This document shows positions 6,504-15,839 of a stretch of 23,290 nucleotides of DNA, in pieces; within the stretch, counting starts at the first letter, position 1; every line of letters starts with the position of its first letter. The translations under genes and the position numbers were made by a program. This DNA comes from an uncultured Erysipelotrichaceae bacterium. Its GTDB lineage: Bacteria > Bacillota_I > Bacilli_A > Erysipelotrichales > Erysipelotrichaceae. The notes beneath the pieces are model-generated. The model saw only the letters and a program-made list of their open reading frames with translations, had not been told where the DNA came from and did not search any database. Location of the stretch: positions 13,079 to 36,368 of the forward strand of contig CAYTET010000002.1 of NCBI GenBank assembly GCA_964436975.1, given 5' to 3'.

Positions 6504-8501
6504 ATGCGTGACAACAAAGACAGCGCCCGGCCGGTTTTCCCCCAGCGGGCCGTAGTAACAGCGGGGATGCCATATGGCAACAAGTCGCTTCATTTCGGCC
6601 ATATCGGCGGTGTTTTTGTGCATGCCGACGTCTATGCCCGCTTTCTGCGGGACCGCATCGGCAAAGACAATGTCATCTTTGTTTCCGGAACGGACTGCTA
6701 CGGCTCTCCGATTGCCGAGGGCTACCGGCTGAAATGCGAAAAAGAGGGCTTTAAGGGCACCATCGAAGACTATGTGCAGGCCAATCACAATGACCAGAAA
6801 AAGACCCTGGACGATTATGAGATCAGCCTGGATATTTTCGGCGGCAGCGCCCTGGCGCCGGCCAAAGACATTCATGCCGCTGAAACAGCGGAATTCATTA
6901 CCACCCTGTACAAAAACGGCTGGCTGGAAAAGATGGTTTCCAAACAGTTCTATGACGTCAAGGCCGGCTGCTTCCTGAACGGCCGGCAGGTCATCGGCCG
7001 CTGCCCGATTGCCAACTGCCAGAGCGAGAAAGGCTATGCTGACGAGTGTGATTTAGGCCATCAGTATATGCCGGAAGAGCTGATTGATCCCCGCAGCACG
7101 CTGACCGGCGAGACGCCGCAGCTGCGCGATGTTACCAACTGGTATTTCCGGCTGACCGATTTTAGCCGCGAACTTGAAGAATACATTGACATGATTGCGG
7201 CGCAGCCGCATATCCGCCGCATTGTTTCCGAGACCATGCGGGAGAGTCTGGGCAAGCCGGTCATCTACGTCCGCAAGGAAGGCCTGGCGGCCTATCAGCA
7301 GGTTAAAGACAGTCTGCCGGCGCATCAGGCGGATCTGGAAGGCGACAAGACTTCCTTTACCCTGACCTTCGACCGGCTGACCGATCGTGAACAGGCCTGC
7401 CAGCAGCTGACGGCAGCGGCGATCCGCTACCGGACCGGCAAGACCTTAGTGCCGCTGCGGCTGACCGGCAACATTGCCTGGGGTGTGCCGGCGCCTAAAC
7501 TGGAAGACGAAGAAGACCTGACCGTCTGGGTCTGGCCGGAGTCACTGTGGGCCCCGATCTCCTTTACCAAGGCCTATCTGAAAGCCCAGGGCCGGGATGA
7601 GACCGCCTGGAAGGATTACTGGGCTGACCCGCAGGCCCAGGTCTATCAGTTTATCGGCCAGGATAACATTTATTTCTACGGTGTGGCGCAGATGCCGCTG
7701 TGGATGGCCACCCAGGGCAAAGACAGCCTGACGGTTCATCCGGCCAAGGGGCAGCTGTCGCTGACAACGCTGGTGCCTAACCACCATGTTCTGTTTCTGA
7801 ATAAAAAGGCCTCGTCCTCCGGAGCGGTCAAGCCGCCGATGGCGGCCGATCTTTTACAGTACTATACCGCTGAGCAGCTGCGGGCTCATTTTCTGAGTCT
7901 GGCGCTGGATCAGAAGAGTGTCAGCTTTATGCCCAAGCCGCTTAATCCGGCCGCTGATCCTAAGGAAATGGATCCGGTTTTAGCCCAAGGCAATCTGTTT
8001 ACCAATGTTCTCAACCGCCTGCTGCGGTCCTGCTTCTATACCGCCCAGACGCATTATGACAGCTGTCTGCCTGACGGAACAGTCAGTGCGGAAGTGGTCA
8101 GCCAGGGCACTGAGGCGATTCTGGAATATGAGCAGCTGATGTACCGCTTTGATTTCCACACCATTATGAACCTGCTGGATACTTATATCCGGCAGGCCAA
8201 CAAATACTGGGCCCGCAACATTGCGGCGGCCGAGAAAAACAATGATGAAACCCTGCGCCGGCAGACGCTGGTTGACGCTTTCCACATGGTCAGGGTAGCC
8301 TGTCTGCTGTCCCATCCCATCGTGCCGGCCGGCTGTGAAATGGCCCGGGATTATCTGAACGTCAGTGAAGATTTCTTCAGTTGGGATTACGCCTTTGAAG
8401 ACATCTACCATTTCTGTGCCGACCGGACCAGTCACAAGCTGAAGAATCTGCCGCCTAAAGTCGACTTCTTTGAAAAGCCGGCCAGTCAGTATGAACAGTA
8501 A
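6504..8501 (+). CDS. metG: Methionine--tRNA ligase (class I), atypical variant
   Basis: 665 aa. MPYGNKSLHFGHIGGVFVHADVYARFLR parallels the MetRS P-Y-x-N-G-x-x-H-x-G-H region. A zinc-knuckle-like segment GRCPIANCQSEKGYADECDLGH is present, as are WYFRL and WGVPAP motifs. The KMSKS loop reads KKASSSG. There is no C-terminal tRNA-binding (Trbp111-like) domain. Confidence 0.85.
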   Translation: MRDNKDSARPVFPQRAVVTAGMPYGNKSLHFGHIGGVFVHADVYARFLRDRIGKDNVIFVSGTDCYGSPIAEGYRLKCEKEGFKGTIEDYVQANHNDQKKTLDDYEISLDIFGGSALAPAKDIHAAETAEFITTLYKNGWLEKMVSKQFYDVKAGCFLNGRQVIGRCPIANCQSEKGYADECDLGHQYMPEELIDPRSTLTGETPQLRDVTNWYFRLTDFSRELEEYIDMIAAQPHIRRIVSETMRESLGKPVIYVRKEGLAAYQQVKDSLPAHQADLEGDKTSFTLTFDRLTDREQACQQLTAAAIRYRTGKTLVPLRLTGNIAWGVPAPKLEDEEDLTVWVWPESLWAPISFTKAYLKAQGRDETAWKDYWADPQAQVYQFIGQDNIYFYGVAQMPLWMATQGKDSLTVHPAKGQLSLTTLVPNHHVLFLNKKASSSGAVKPPMAADLLQYYTAEQLRAHFLSLALDQKSVSFMPKPLNPAADPKEMDPVLAQGNLFTNVLNRLLRSCFYTAQTHYDSCLPDGTVSAEVVSQGTEAILEYEQLMYRFDFHTIMNLLDTYIRQANKYWARNIAAAEKNNDETLRRQTLVDAFHMVRVACLLSHPIVPAGCEMARDYLNVSEDFFSWDYAFEDIYHFCADRTSHKLKNLPPKVDFFEKPASQYEQ

Positions 8502-8515
8502 AGGAAAAGATAAAA

Positions 8516-10162
8516 ATGGATGATAATCAGCGCCTGGCCGAACTGCTGTTCGGACCCCTGGCCCACGATACCGGTTACTATGAAGAATTATATGCGACCC
8601 GCCAGCTGGCCAAGGGCGCCCAGGTCATGCGTATTGCGCCCAGCCCGACCGGCTTTATTCATCTGGGCAATCTGTACGGTGCCATGGCTGATGAGCGGAT
8701 CGCCCACCAGTCAGGTGGCGTCTTCTTTCTGCGGATTGAAGACACGGACCAGAAGCGCAAGGTTGACGGCGCCGTGGAAGCGGTTCTGACGGCTTTTGAT
8801 TACTTCGGCCTTTCTTTTGATGAGGGCGCCGAGCAGAATAAAGGGGCTTACGGGCCCTATTATCAGAGCCGGCGGGCGGATATCTATCACGCCTATGCCA
8901 AGAAGCTGGTCAGCCAGGGCCTGGCTTATCCCTGCTTCTGTTCGGAAGAAGATCTGCAGGAAATCCGCCAGCAGCAGACGGCCGCCAAGCAGACGACCGG
9001 CTATTACGGTTCCTGGGCCCGCTGCCGCGATCTGACTTACCAGCAGGTCAAGGAGCATATTGACCGCCATGATCCTTATGTCATCCGGATGCGCAGCAAT
9101 GGCGATGTCGCCAGGCAGCACATCTTCCATGATGAGATCAAAGGCGATATAACGGTTACCGAGAATGACCAGGATGCCGTGCTGCTGAAGACGGACGGTC
9201 TGCCGACCTATCATTTTGCCCACTGCATCGATGATCATCTGATGCACACGACCATCGTTTTGCGCGGGGAGGAATGGCTGGGCACGCTGAACATTCATCT
9301 GCAGCTGACCGCCATGCTGGGTTTTCCGCCTTTTAAGTATGCCCATACCACGGTACTGATGAAGATGGACGGCGACATCAAAAGAAAACTGTCCAAGCGC
9401 AAAGATCCGGAGCTGGCCCTGGATTATTACCGCCATTTAGGCTATCATCCCGAAGCGGTTAAAATTTATCTGCTGACACTGCTGAACTGGAACTTTGAAG
9501 AGTGGTATCTGAAAAATCCGGCGGCTGACATCGATACCTTTAAATTTACCCTGGAGAAGATGGGCCAGTCAGGAGCGCTGTTTGATCTGGAAAAGCTCAA
9601 CAGCATTTCCCGGACTTATCTGGCCCGCTTTGATCTGGCCGCCATGAAGGACTACCTGCAGAAGTATGTCCGTGAATTTGAAAAGGAATCTATGGACATT
9701 TACTTCTCGGACAGCGGCTATCTGGACCGGATTCTTTCTTTGGGCATGGGCCTGGAGCTGAAGAAGCGGCGCAAGGATTTCATCTATGCCCGTCAGATCC
9801 TGGACAGCATCAGCTATTATTTTGATCCGGTCTACAAGCCGGCTTATGAATTTAAATTTGATAAAGAACTGACGCGATCCATTATCCAGGGCTTTGCCCA
9901 GAATTATGACTACGAAGATGATAATGCGCTCTGGTTTTCCAAAGTCAAGCAGCTGACAGCGGCGCTGGGGCTGGCTGATGAAATGAGCGAATATAAAGCC
10001 CATCCGGACAAGTACAGAGGCAGTGTCAGCGATGTGGCTGAAACAATCCGCGTTGCCATGACCGGCCGGCGCAATACCCCCGATCTGTGGAGCATTATGC
10101 AGATAATGGGCCCGGACCGGATCAAGGCCCGCCTGCAGCAGGTCTTAGCGGGGTTAGCCTGA
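8516..10162 (+). CDS. gltX: Glutamate--tRNA ligase
   Basis: 548 aa. Motifs: RIAPSPTGFIHLGN (HIGH region), FFLRIEDTDQKR, GPYYQSRRADIY...GLAYPCFCSEEDL, LKTDGLPTYHFAHCIDDHLM, RGEEW, KLSKRK (KMSKS). It starts 14 nt after the metG stop, with AAGGAAAAG upstream. Confidence 0.85.
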   Translation: MDDNQRLAELLFGPLAHDTGYYEELYATRQLAKGAQVMRIAPSPTGFIHLGNLYGAMADERIAHQSGGVFFLRIEDTDQKRKVDGAVEAVLTAFDYFGLSFDEGAEQNKGAYGPYYQSRRADIYHAYAKKLVSQGLAYPCFCSEEDLQEIRQQQTAAKQTTGYYGSWARCRDLTYQQVKEHIDRHDPYVIRMRSNGDVARQHIFHDEIKGDITVTENDQDAVLLKTDGLPTYHFAHCIDDHLMHTTIVLRGEEWLGTLNIHLQLTAMLGFPPFKYAHTTVLMKMDGDIKRKLSKRKDPELALDYYRHLGYHPEAVKIYLLTLLNWNFEEWYLKNPAADIDTFKFTLEKMGQSGALFDLEKLNSISRTYLARFDLAAMKDYLQKYVREFEKESMDIYFSDSGYLDRILSLGMGLELKKRRKDFIYARQILDSISYYFDPVYKPAYEFKFDKELTRSIIQGFAQNYDYEDDNALWFSKVKQLTAALGLADEMSEYKAHPDKYRGSVSDVAETIRVAMTGRRNTPDLWSIMQIMGPDRIKARLQQVLAGLA

Positions 10163-11184
10163 TGCGCTATCCGGCGTTTATCCGCAAGGGAGCCACTGTC
10201 GGTCTAATTGCACCGTCTTTCGGCATCAGCGGCTATCCCTATGACAATCTTTATAACAGTGCTGTTGCCCAGCTGAAGACCCGGGGCTATGCCGTCAAAG
10301 CCTGCGCCAGTGTGCACGGGTTTTCCCATGCCGCCTCTGCTCCGGCAGATGTCAGGGGCCGGGAGATGATGGCCATGATGACTGATCCGGCTGTTGATGC
10401 CCTGATCAGTGTGGCCGGCGGCGAACTGATGTGCCAGATGATCCCCTATGTTGATTTTGCGGCTCTGAAGAAGGCGGAGCCGAAATGGTTTCTCGGCTTT
10501 TCCGACAATACCTTCATGACTTTTCTGCTTAATACCCTGGCTGATACGGCGTCTCTTTACGGCTGCTGCTTTTCCTCCTTTGGCATGGTGCCTTGGGACA
10601 GAGCAGTCGAGCAGTGCTGGCAGATCCTCAATGGCCGCCGGCTGACCCAGCGCAGCTATGATTTATACCAGGTTGAAGACCTGAAGCAAAAAAAGGGCCA
10701 TGCCCTGAAGGGCTATAACAAGATGGAGCCGGTTATCGTCAAGGCCCTGTCGGATAAAAAAACGGTGACTGTTTCCGGCCGGCTGACGGGAGGCTGTTTG
10801 GATGTTCTGCAGCTGATTGCCGGCACCCGCTTTGACAAAGTCAGAGCCTTCAACAAAAAATACGGCAGCGAAGGCATCCTGTGGTTCTTTGAGCCCTGCA
10901 ATCTGACGGTGATGGGCATCTGCACGGCTTTATGGCAGCTGAAGCAGGCCGGCTGGCTGGACCGGGCCAGCGGCATAATCATCGGCCGGCCGGTTCATCC
11001 CGAGACCATCTTTGATGTTGATTTGAAAGAAGCCTATCAGACCAGCCTGGCTGATCTGAATGTGCCGGTTATCTATGATCTGGATTTCGGCCATCTGCCG
11101 CCGGCCTGGACGCTTATTTCCGGCAGCCGGGCCACCGTGGTCAAAAAGGGTGACCGGGCGCAGATTGCTTACGAATTGAAATAG
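10162..11184 (+). CDS. S66-family serine peptidase (LD-carboxypeptidase LdcA / MccF-like)
   Basis: The track start 10087 was trimmed to ATG 10162-10164, which overlaps the gltX TGA 10160-10162 (TGATG). The product is 340 aa. Motifs: GATVGLIAPSFG at the N-terminus, nucleophile elbow LGFSDNT, FFEPCNL (Glu), DLDFGHLPP (His), consistent with the Ser-Glu-His triad of family S66. Confidence 0.85.
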   Translation: MRYPAFIRKGATVGLIAPSFGISGYPYDNLYNSAVAQLKTRGYAVKACASVHGFSHAASAPADVRGREMMAMMTDPAVDALISVAGGELMCQMIPYVDFAALKKAEPKWFLGFSDNTFMTFLLNTLADTASLYGCCFSSFGMVPWDRAVEQCWQILNGRRLTQRSYDLYQVEDLKQKKGHALKGYNKMEPVIVKALSDKKTVTVSGRLTGGCLDVLQLIAGTRFDKVRAFNKKYGSEGILWFFEPCNLTVMGICTALWQLKQAGWLDRASGIIIGRPVHPETIFDVDLKEAYQTSLADLNVPVIYDLDFGHLPPAWTLISGSRATVVKKGDRAQIAYELK

Positions 11185-11214
11185 AAGGCCGGCCTGAGGG
11201 CGGCCTTTTTCTTT
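11185..11214 (+). terminator. Rho-independent terminator after the S66 gene
   Basis: AAGGCCG (11185-11191), 9-nt loop, CGGCCTT (11201-11207), running into TTTTTCTTT. Confidence 0.7.
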
Positions 11215-11239
11215 GGCCGGGGGCCGGCTGTGCTATAAT
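11213..11239 (+). promoter_or_regulatory. Candidate promoter for the GH2 gene (extended -10)
   Basis: TGcTATAAT at 11231-11239. The only -35 candidate is a weak TTGGCC at 11213-11218, with a short 15-nt spacer. AGGAGG lies at 11252-11257 and the ATG at 11267. Confidence 0.4.
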
Positions 11240-11266
11240 TCAGGTGCAAGCAGGAGGTCACTGATA

Positions 11267-13051
11267 ATGAAATGTTACCAACCGGATTATCCCCGGCCGC
11301 AGCTGGTCAGGAAGAATTGGGAATCACTCAACGGCCCGTGGGGCTTTGCCTTTGATGATGAAGATAAAGGATTGAAGGAAAAATGGTATCTGAAGACGAT
11401 TGCCGCCAAAACCATCCAGGTTCCCTTTGCCTTCCAGACGGCCGCCAGCGGCATAAACGATCCGGCCGATCATCAGGTGGTCTGGTATCAGCGGAGTTTT
11501 TCGGTCGATCTGAATAAGCTGTCTGACAAACGGCAGATCCTGCTGTTTGAAGGCTGTGATTACCAGACAGCGGTCTGGGTCAACGGCCAGCAGGCCGGCT
11601 GGCATACCGGCGGCTATGACCGCTTCAGCTTTGACATTACGGACCTGCTGACAGACGGGGCCAATATCCTGACGGTGCGGGTTTTTGACAGCTATGACCA
11701 GGCCCAGCCCCGCGGCAAGCAGCGCAGCGGTGACACTTCTTACGGCTGCTGGTATATTCCGACGACCGGCATCTGGAAGACCGTCTGGCTGGAACAGGTT
11801 GACCCGGCTTATCTGAGCCGGTTTAAAATGACCCCTTCGGTAAAGGAAGGCTGCTTTGATTTTGAATTCGAACTGTCCAAGCCGGCCGTCGGCTGCCGCC
11901 TGATTATTGCGGCCAGTTTTGAAGACCAGCTTAAAGGCCGGCTGGCTGTGGATGTGGACAGCCCGCAGATGAAAGGACGCCTGTACCTGCACGGCCAGGA
12001 ATTATATGACTGGGATCTGAAGCTGTGGAGCCCTTATTTTCCTAATCTGTATGATCTGACCTTCACCCTGGTCTGTGATGACCGGGTCTGTGATGAAGTG
12101 CTTTCTTATGGCGGGCTGCGTGATGTCCGCACGGATAACGGCAGCGTGCTGATTGACGGCATGCCGATGTACCAGCGGCTGATTCTGGACCAGGGATACT
12201 GGCCGGCTACCGGTATGACGGCTCCTGATGAAAAGGCGCTGATCGCTGATCTGGACAAAGCGGCCGCCCTGGGCTATAACGGCCTGCGGCTGCACCAGAA
12301 AATCGAAGATGAGAGAATGCTGTACTGGTGTGATGTCAAGGGCATGATGGTCTACAGCGAGATGGCGGCGGCCTATGAATTCTCAGACCGGGCCACCGCA
12401 GCCTTTATGAAACAGTGGATCCGGATTGTCCGGCAGAACTATAATCATCCCAGCATCATCACCTGGGTGCCTTTCAATGAATCCTGGGGGGTCCGCCAGA
12501 TCCGTTCAAGCCAGCCCCAGCAGGCTTTTACCCAGGCGGTTTACCATTTGACGAAGAGTCTGGATCAAACCCGGCCGGTTATCTCCAATGACGGCTGGGA
12601 TCACACGACCAGCGATATCATCACCCTGCATGATTACCTGCCTGACGGGGCGGCGCTGTATCAGCGCTATACGGACTTTAAAGATGACATTATCAACGGC
12701 CGGATGTTCCACTGCGGCGATCATGCCGTCCTGGTGCCCGGATTCGGCTATCACGGCCAGCCGGTTGTCATCAGTGAATTCGGCGGCATTGCGATGGCCG
12801 GGGCGGAAGGCTGGGGCTATGGTGACACTGTGAAAAGTGAAGAAGAGTTCCTCAGCCGCTTTGACAGCCTGGTCACGGCCATTAAAAAGCTGCCTTATGT
12901 CGCCGGCTACTGCTATACCCAGCTGAGCGATGTCCAGCAGGAAGTAAACGGGCTGCTGGACCAGCAGCATGAATTCAAGATCGACGCGGCTAAAATCAGA
13001 GCGATCAACATGCGCCCGGTCGGCGCCAATGATTCGTACATGAAACGCTGA
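11267..13051 (+). CDS. Glycoside hydrolase family 2 protein (beta-galactosidase/beta-glucuronidase-like), cytoplasmic
   Basis: The track start 11213 was trimmed to ATG 11267 (AGGAGG 9 nt upstream). N-terminal sugar-binding sandwich: YPRPQLVRKNWESLNGPWGFAFDD, VWVNGQQAGWHTGGYDRFSFDIT. The TIM barrel has acid/base NHPSIITWVPFNESWG and nucleophile VVISEFGG. There is no signal peptide. Confidence 0.85.
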   Translation: MKCYQPDYPRPQLVRKNWESLNGPWGFAFDDEDKGLKEKWYLKTIAAKTIQVPFAFQTAASGINDPADHQVVWYQRSFSVDLNKLSDKRQILLFEGCDYQTAVWVNGQQAGWHTGGYDRFSFDITDLLTDGANILTVRVFDSYDQAQPRGKQRSGDTSYGCWYIPTTGIWKTVWLEQVDPAYLSRFKMTPSVKEGCFDFEFELSKPAVGCRLIIAASFEDQLKGRLAVDVDSPQMKGRLYLHGQELYDWDLKLWSPYFPNLYDLTFTLVCDDRVCDEVLSYGGLRDVRTDNGSVLIDGMPMYQRLILDQGYWPATGMTAPDEKALIADLDKAAALGYNGLRLHQKIEDERMLYWCDVKGMMVYSEMAAAYEFSDRATAAFMKQWIRIVRQNYNHPSIITWVPFNESWGVRQIRSSQPQQAFTQAVYHLTKSLDQTRPVISNDGWDHTTSDIITLHDYLPDGAALYQRYTDFKDDIINGRMFHCGDHAVLVPGFGYHGQPVVISEFGGIAMAGAEGWGYGDTVKSEEEFLSRFDSLVTAIKKLPYVAGYCYTQLSDVQQEVNGLLDQQHEFKIDAAKIRAINMRPVGANDSYMKR

Positions 13052-13056
13052 ATTTG

Positions 13057-13094
13057 AAAAGACAATACCGGATCAGGATATTGTCTTTCTTTCT
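13057..13094. terminator. Bidirectional terminator between GH2 and GT4 genes
   Basis: AAAGACAATA (13058-13067) pairs with TATTGTCTTT (13079-13088), followed by a T-rich CTTTCTTT run. TTTGAAAA on the left provides the U-run for the minus-strand transcript. Confidence 0.65.
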
Positions 13095-14426
13095 TTACAG
13101 ATAGCGGTCCAGATAGGACTGGATCTTTTCTTTGCCGTCTTTAAGCCGGTTCTGGGCCGATGCGCCGGCGGAGTCAGCCGCGGCTTTCAAGCGGGTCAGC
13201 CCGGCAATAAACTGGCATAATTCATCCGTGGCGGCCGGCAGGGCCTTGGCCTTGTGATAGGTATAATTGGCCGCTACGATCTGGTAGCGCTGATTGGCCC
13301 GGCTGACGGCATCCTGCCAGCTGATATACAGGTCAGTGCCGGCCTGCCGGCCCAGCCGGCGGTAGTAGGCATGATTATTGCCGATGGCCGCCAGGCGGAC
13401 CGCCATGGCGGCCGCATTCTCATTTATCAGCAGGGCATTGACATTGTCGGAAGTCCCTTCGGCAGCGCAGCTGTCCTTGATCAGCATGCTGGCACAGCCG
13501 CAGGCCGCCGCCTCCCTGACCACAATGCCGTTAGTGTCAAAAGTGGAGGGAAACAGAAACAGATCAGCCCGGCTGTAAATCACGGTCAGTTCACGGCGGT
13601 CGTAAACGGGTCCGGTGAAGATGCATTTTTTATCCAGCCTAATTTGGCGGATGTATTCCCTTATGGCCTTTTCGTCCCGGCCGCTGCCGACAAGCAGCAT
13701 CTGGAAATCAAGGCCGGCATCCTGCAGCCCGGCTAAGGCATCAAGGGTGATTTTCAGACCCTTATACCACATCAGCCGGCCGACAAACAGATAGGTCGGA
13801 ATACCGGGGCGCAGACTCCAGCGGGCATCAAAATCAGCCAGCTCCTGGGTGCCGGCTCTTTTCCGCGGCAGATCAACGCCGTTTTCCATTATGACGTAGT
13901 CGCCCTGATAGCCCAGGGAGCGTAGGTTTTCTCCGGCTCCTTTGGAAACAACCCAGACTTCATCAGAAGCCGCGATGTTGGCCGTCAGATAGTTTAAGGC
14001 GGCCTTCTGGATCAGCCGGCTGTCAACGGCTTTCTTGATTTCAATATCATACTTGGTGTGATAAGTCATGATCAGCGGCTTATGGACAAGATCCCGGACG
14101 GTGCGGCCCAGCAGCTGGGAGGAAAACGGACAGTGTGAATGGATAATGTCCGGCGCCTGCTTTTTAAAGCGGGTCAGATAACTGATGTCAAAAGGAAGAC
14201 CGGTGCGGTAGCCGACCAGATCAGTGGTATCAAAGCTGGGATAGCGCCAGACCGGGTAGGGATAATCATCTTTGGCCCCGGGATACTGCGGAGTAGCGAC
14301 GGTAACATGCTGGCCTAAAGAGTCTAAAACATTGGCATAGTTGATGACGGCATTGGAAACGCCGTCGATAACCGGCGGGAAACAGTCATTCATCAGGCAG
14401 ATGCTGAGAGGTTTTTCTGTTGTCAT
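13095..14426 (-). CDS. Glycosyltransferase family 4 (GT-B fold), glycolipid-synthase-like
   Basis: 443 aa. The N-terminus LSICLMNDCFPPVIDGVSNAVINYANVL..GQHVTV resembles diacylglycerol glucosyltransferase-type GT4 enzymes. C-terminal features are LLVGSG, FLFPSTFDTNGIVVREAAACG (EX7E region). It starts 18 nt after the fumC stop and has no obvious SD. Confidence 0.78.
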   Translation of the reverse strand: MTTEKPLSICLMNDCFPPVIDGVSNAVINYANVLDSLGQHVTVATPQYPGAKDDYPYPVWRYPSFDTTDLVGYRTGLPFDISYLTRFKKQAPDIIHSHCPFSSQLLGRTVRDLVHKPLIMTYHTKYDIEIKKAVDSRLIQKAALNYLTANIAASDEVWVVSKGAGENLRSLGYQGDYVIMENGVDLPRKRAGTQELADFDARWSLRPGIPTYLFVGRLMWYKGLKITLDALAGLQDAGLDFQMLLVGSGRDEKAIREYIRQIRLDKKCIFTGPVYDRRELTVIYSRADLFLFPSTFDTNGIVVREAAACGCASMLIKDSCAAEGTSDNVNALLINENAAAMAVRLAAIGNNHAYYRRLGRQAGTDLYISWQDAVSRANQRYQIVAANYTYHKAKALPAATDELCQFIAGLTRLKAAADSAGASAQNRLKDGKEKIQSYLDRYL

Positions 14427-14444
14427 GGTGTTTTTATTGTCCGG

Positions 14445-15815
14445 TCATTTCAGCCGGTTAAGAATGCGGGATCTGTCATAATAACGGTCAAATTCAGCTG
14501 CGCTCAGCCAGCCGCTTTCAACTGCGGCCTGTTTAAGGCTGATCCCTTTCTGACTGGCGGTCTTTACCAGCCGGGCCGTTTTGTCATAGCCGATAACCGG
14601 ATTCAGCACGGCCGCATTAGCCAGGCTGTTTTCAAAATCGGCTTCCATGGCGGCGGCATTGGCCGTCAGTCCGGTCAGCAGATGGACGGTAAATGAACTG
14701 ACCGCGTCATGCAGAGTAGTAATGGCATCAAGGGTGTCGGCAATGATGACCGGCATGGTGACGTTAAGCTGCAGGCTGCCGTGGCTGTTGGCCATGGCAA
14801 TGGTCTGGGCATAGCCGCAGACCTGCAGGCAGACCATGATCAGGGCTTCAGCCTGGGTAGGATTGACTTTGCCGGGCATGATGGATGAACCGGGTTCATT
14901 GGCGGGCAGATTGATTTCGCCCAGGCCGGCCCGCGGTCCGGAAGCCAGCCAGCGGATGTCATTGGCAATTTTAATCAGATCAGTGGCCAGACAGCCCAGA
15001 GCCCCAGTCAGCAGGACAAAGCCGTTTTTTGAGGATAGTCCGGCAAACTTGTTGTCAAGGCAGCTGAATTCGAGATGGGTCTGCTCACTGATGTAGGCAA
15101 CGGCTGTTTGGTCAAAGCCGGCCGGCGCATTAAGCCCGGTCCCGACGGCTGTTGCCCCTAAAGGCAGCTGGCTCAGCTGGGGCAGCAGGCTTTCAATGGC
15201 TTGGCGGTCAGCTTGAACAACCGCCTGCCAGCCGCCGGTCTCCTGACCGAAAGTCAGGGCCACGGCATCCTGCAGATGGGTCCGGCCGACTTTAATCTGG
15301 TCGGCATACTGACTGCTCAGCCGTTCCAGCTGGTTCTGCATGCCTGCTAAAGCCGGCAGCAGCTGATTTCTGACGGCCCATACGGCAGCGATCTGCATGG
15401 CGGTCGGAAAGACATCATTGGTTGACTGTGATTTATTGACATCATCATTGGGATGGACGGCCGTGCCAAAGCCGGCGCAGAGATGACTGATCACTTCATT
15501 GACATTCATATTAGTCTGGGTGCCGCTGCCGGTCTGATAGACGGCCAGGGGAAACTGGTCATCATAGCGGCCATCGCGGATTAGGCCGGCAGCCTTGATG
15601 ATGGCCTGCGCCTTTTCAGCGGACAGGACATGCAGCTGGCCGTTGGCCCAGGCGGCGGCCTGCTTGACTAAGGCAAGGGCATGGATTAAAGCCGGCGGCA
15701 TCAGCTGCCGGCCGATTTTAAAGTTATTCAGGCTGCGCTGGGTCTGCGGACCCCACAGTCGGTCATCGTCGATGAGAACCGGGCCCAGGGAATCAGATTC
15801 ATAATGCTGCGGCAT
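14445..15815 (-). CDS. fumC: Class II fumarate hydratase
   Basis: The track start 15869 was trimmed to the ATG at 15813-15815 (GAGG upstream). The N-terminus reads SLGPVLIDDDRLWGPQTQRSLNNFKIG, and the signature loop is GSSIMPGKVNPTQAEA. Both match FumC rather than AspA (AspA has PAKVNPVVPE as I recall). Confidence 0.9.
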   Translation of the reverse strand: MPQHYESDSLGPVLIDDDRLWGPQTQRSLNNFKIGRQLMPPALIHALALVKQAAAWANGQLHVLSAEKAQAIIKAAGLIRDGRYDDQFPLAVYQTGSGTQTNMNVNEVISHLCAGFGTAVHPNDDVNKSQSTNDVFPTAMQIAAVWAVRNQLLPALAGMQNQLERLSSQYADQIKVGRTHLQDAVALTFGQETGGWQAVVQADRQAIESLLPQLSQLPLGATAVGTGLNAPAGFDQTAVAYISEQTHLEFSCLDNKFAGLSSKNGFVLLTGALGCLATDLIKIANDIRWLASGPRAGLGEINLPANEPGSSIMPGKVNPTQAEALIMVCLQVCGYAQTIAMANSHGSLQLNVTMPVIIADTLDAITTLHDAVSSFTVHLLTGLTANAAAMEADFENSLANAAVLNPVIGYDKTARLVKTASQKGISLKQAAVESGWLSAAEFDRYYDRSRILNRLK

Positions 15816-15839
15816 GGTTATTACCTCATTTCTATTTCC

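Noticed and set aside
6147-6875. Minus-strand 242-aa ORF spanning the GNAT gene, the intergenic promoter and the metG 5' end
   Set aside because: It overlaps two well-supported genes on both strands and crosses the metG promoter and RBS. It has no motifs and is judged spurious.
8711-9436. Minus-strand 241-aa ORF antisense to gltX (and 9569..10003, 7980..8435, 11324..11992, 12506..12970, 13254..13736, 15872..16354 opposite other genes)
   Set aside because: All are antisense shadows of strongly supported genes and carry no independent signals.
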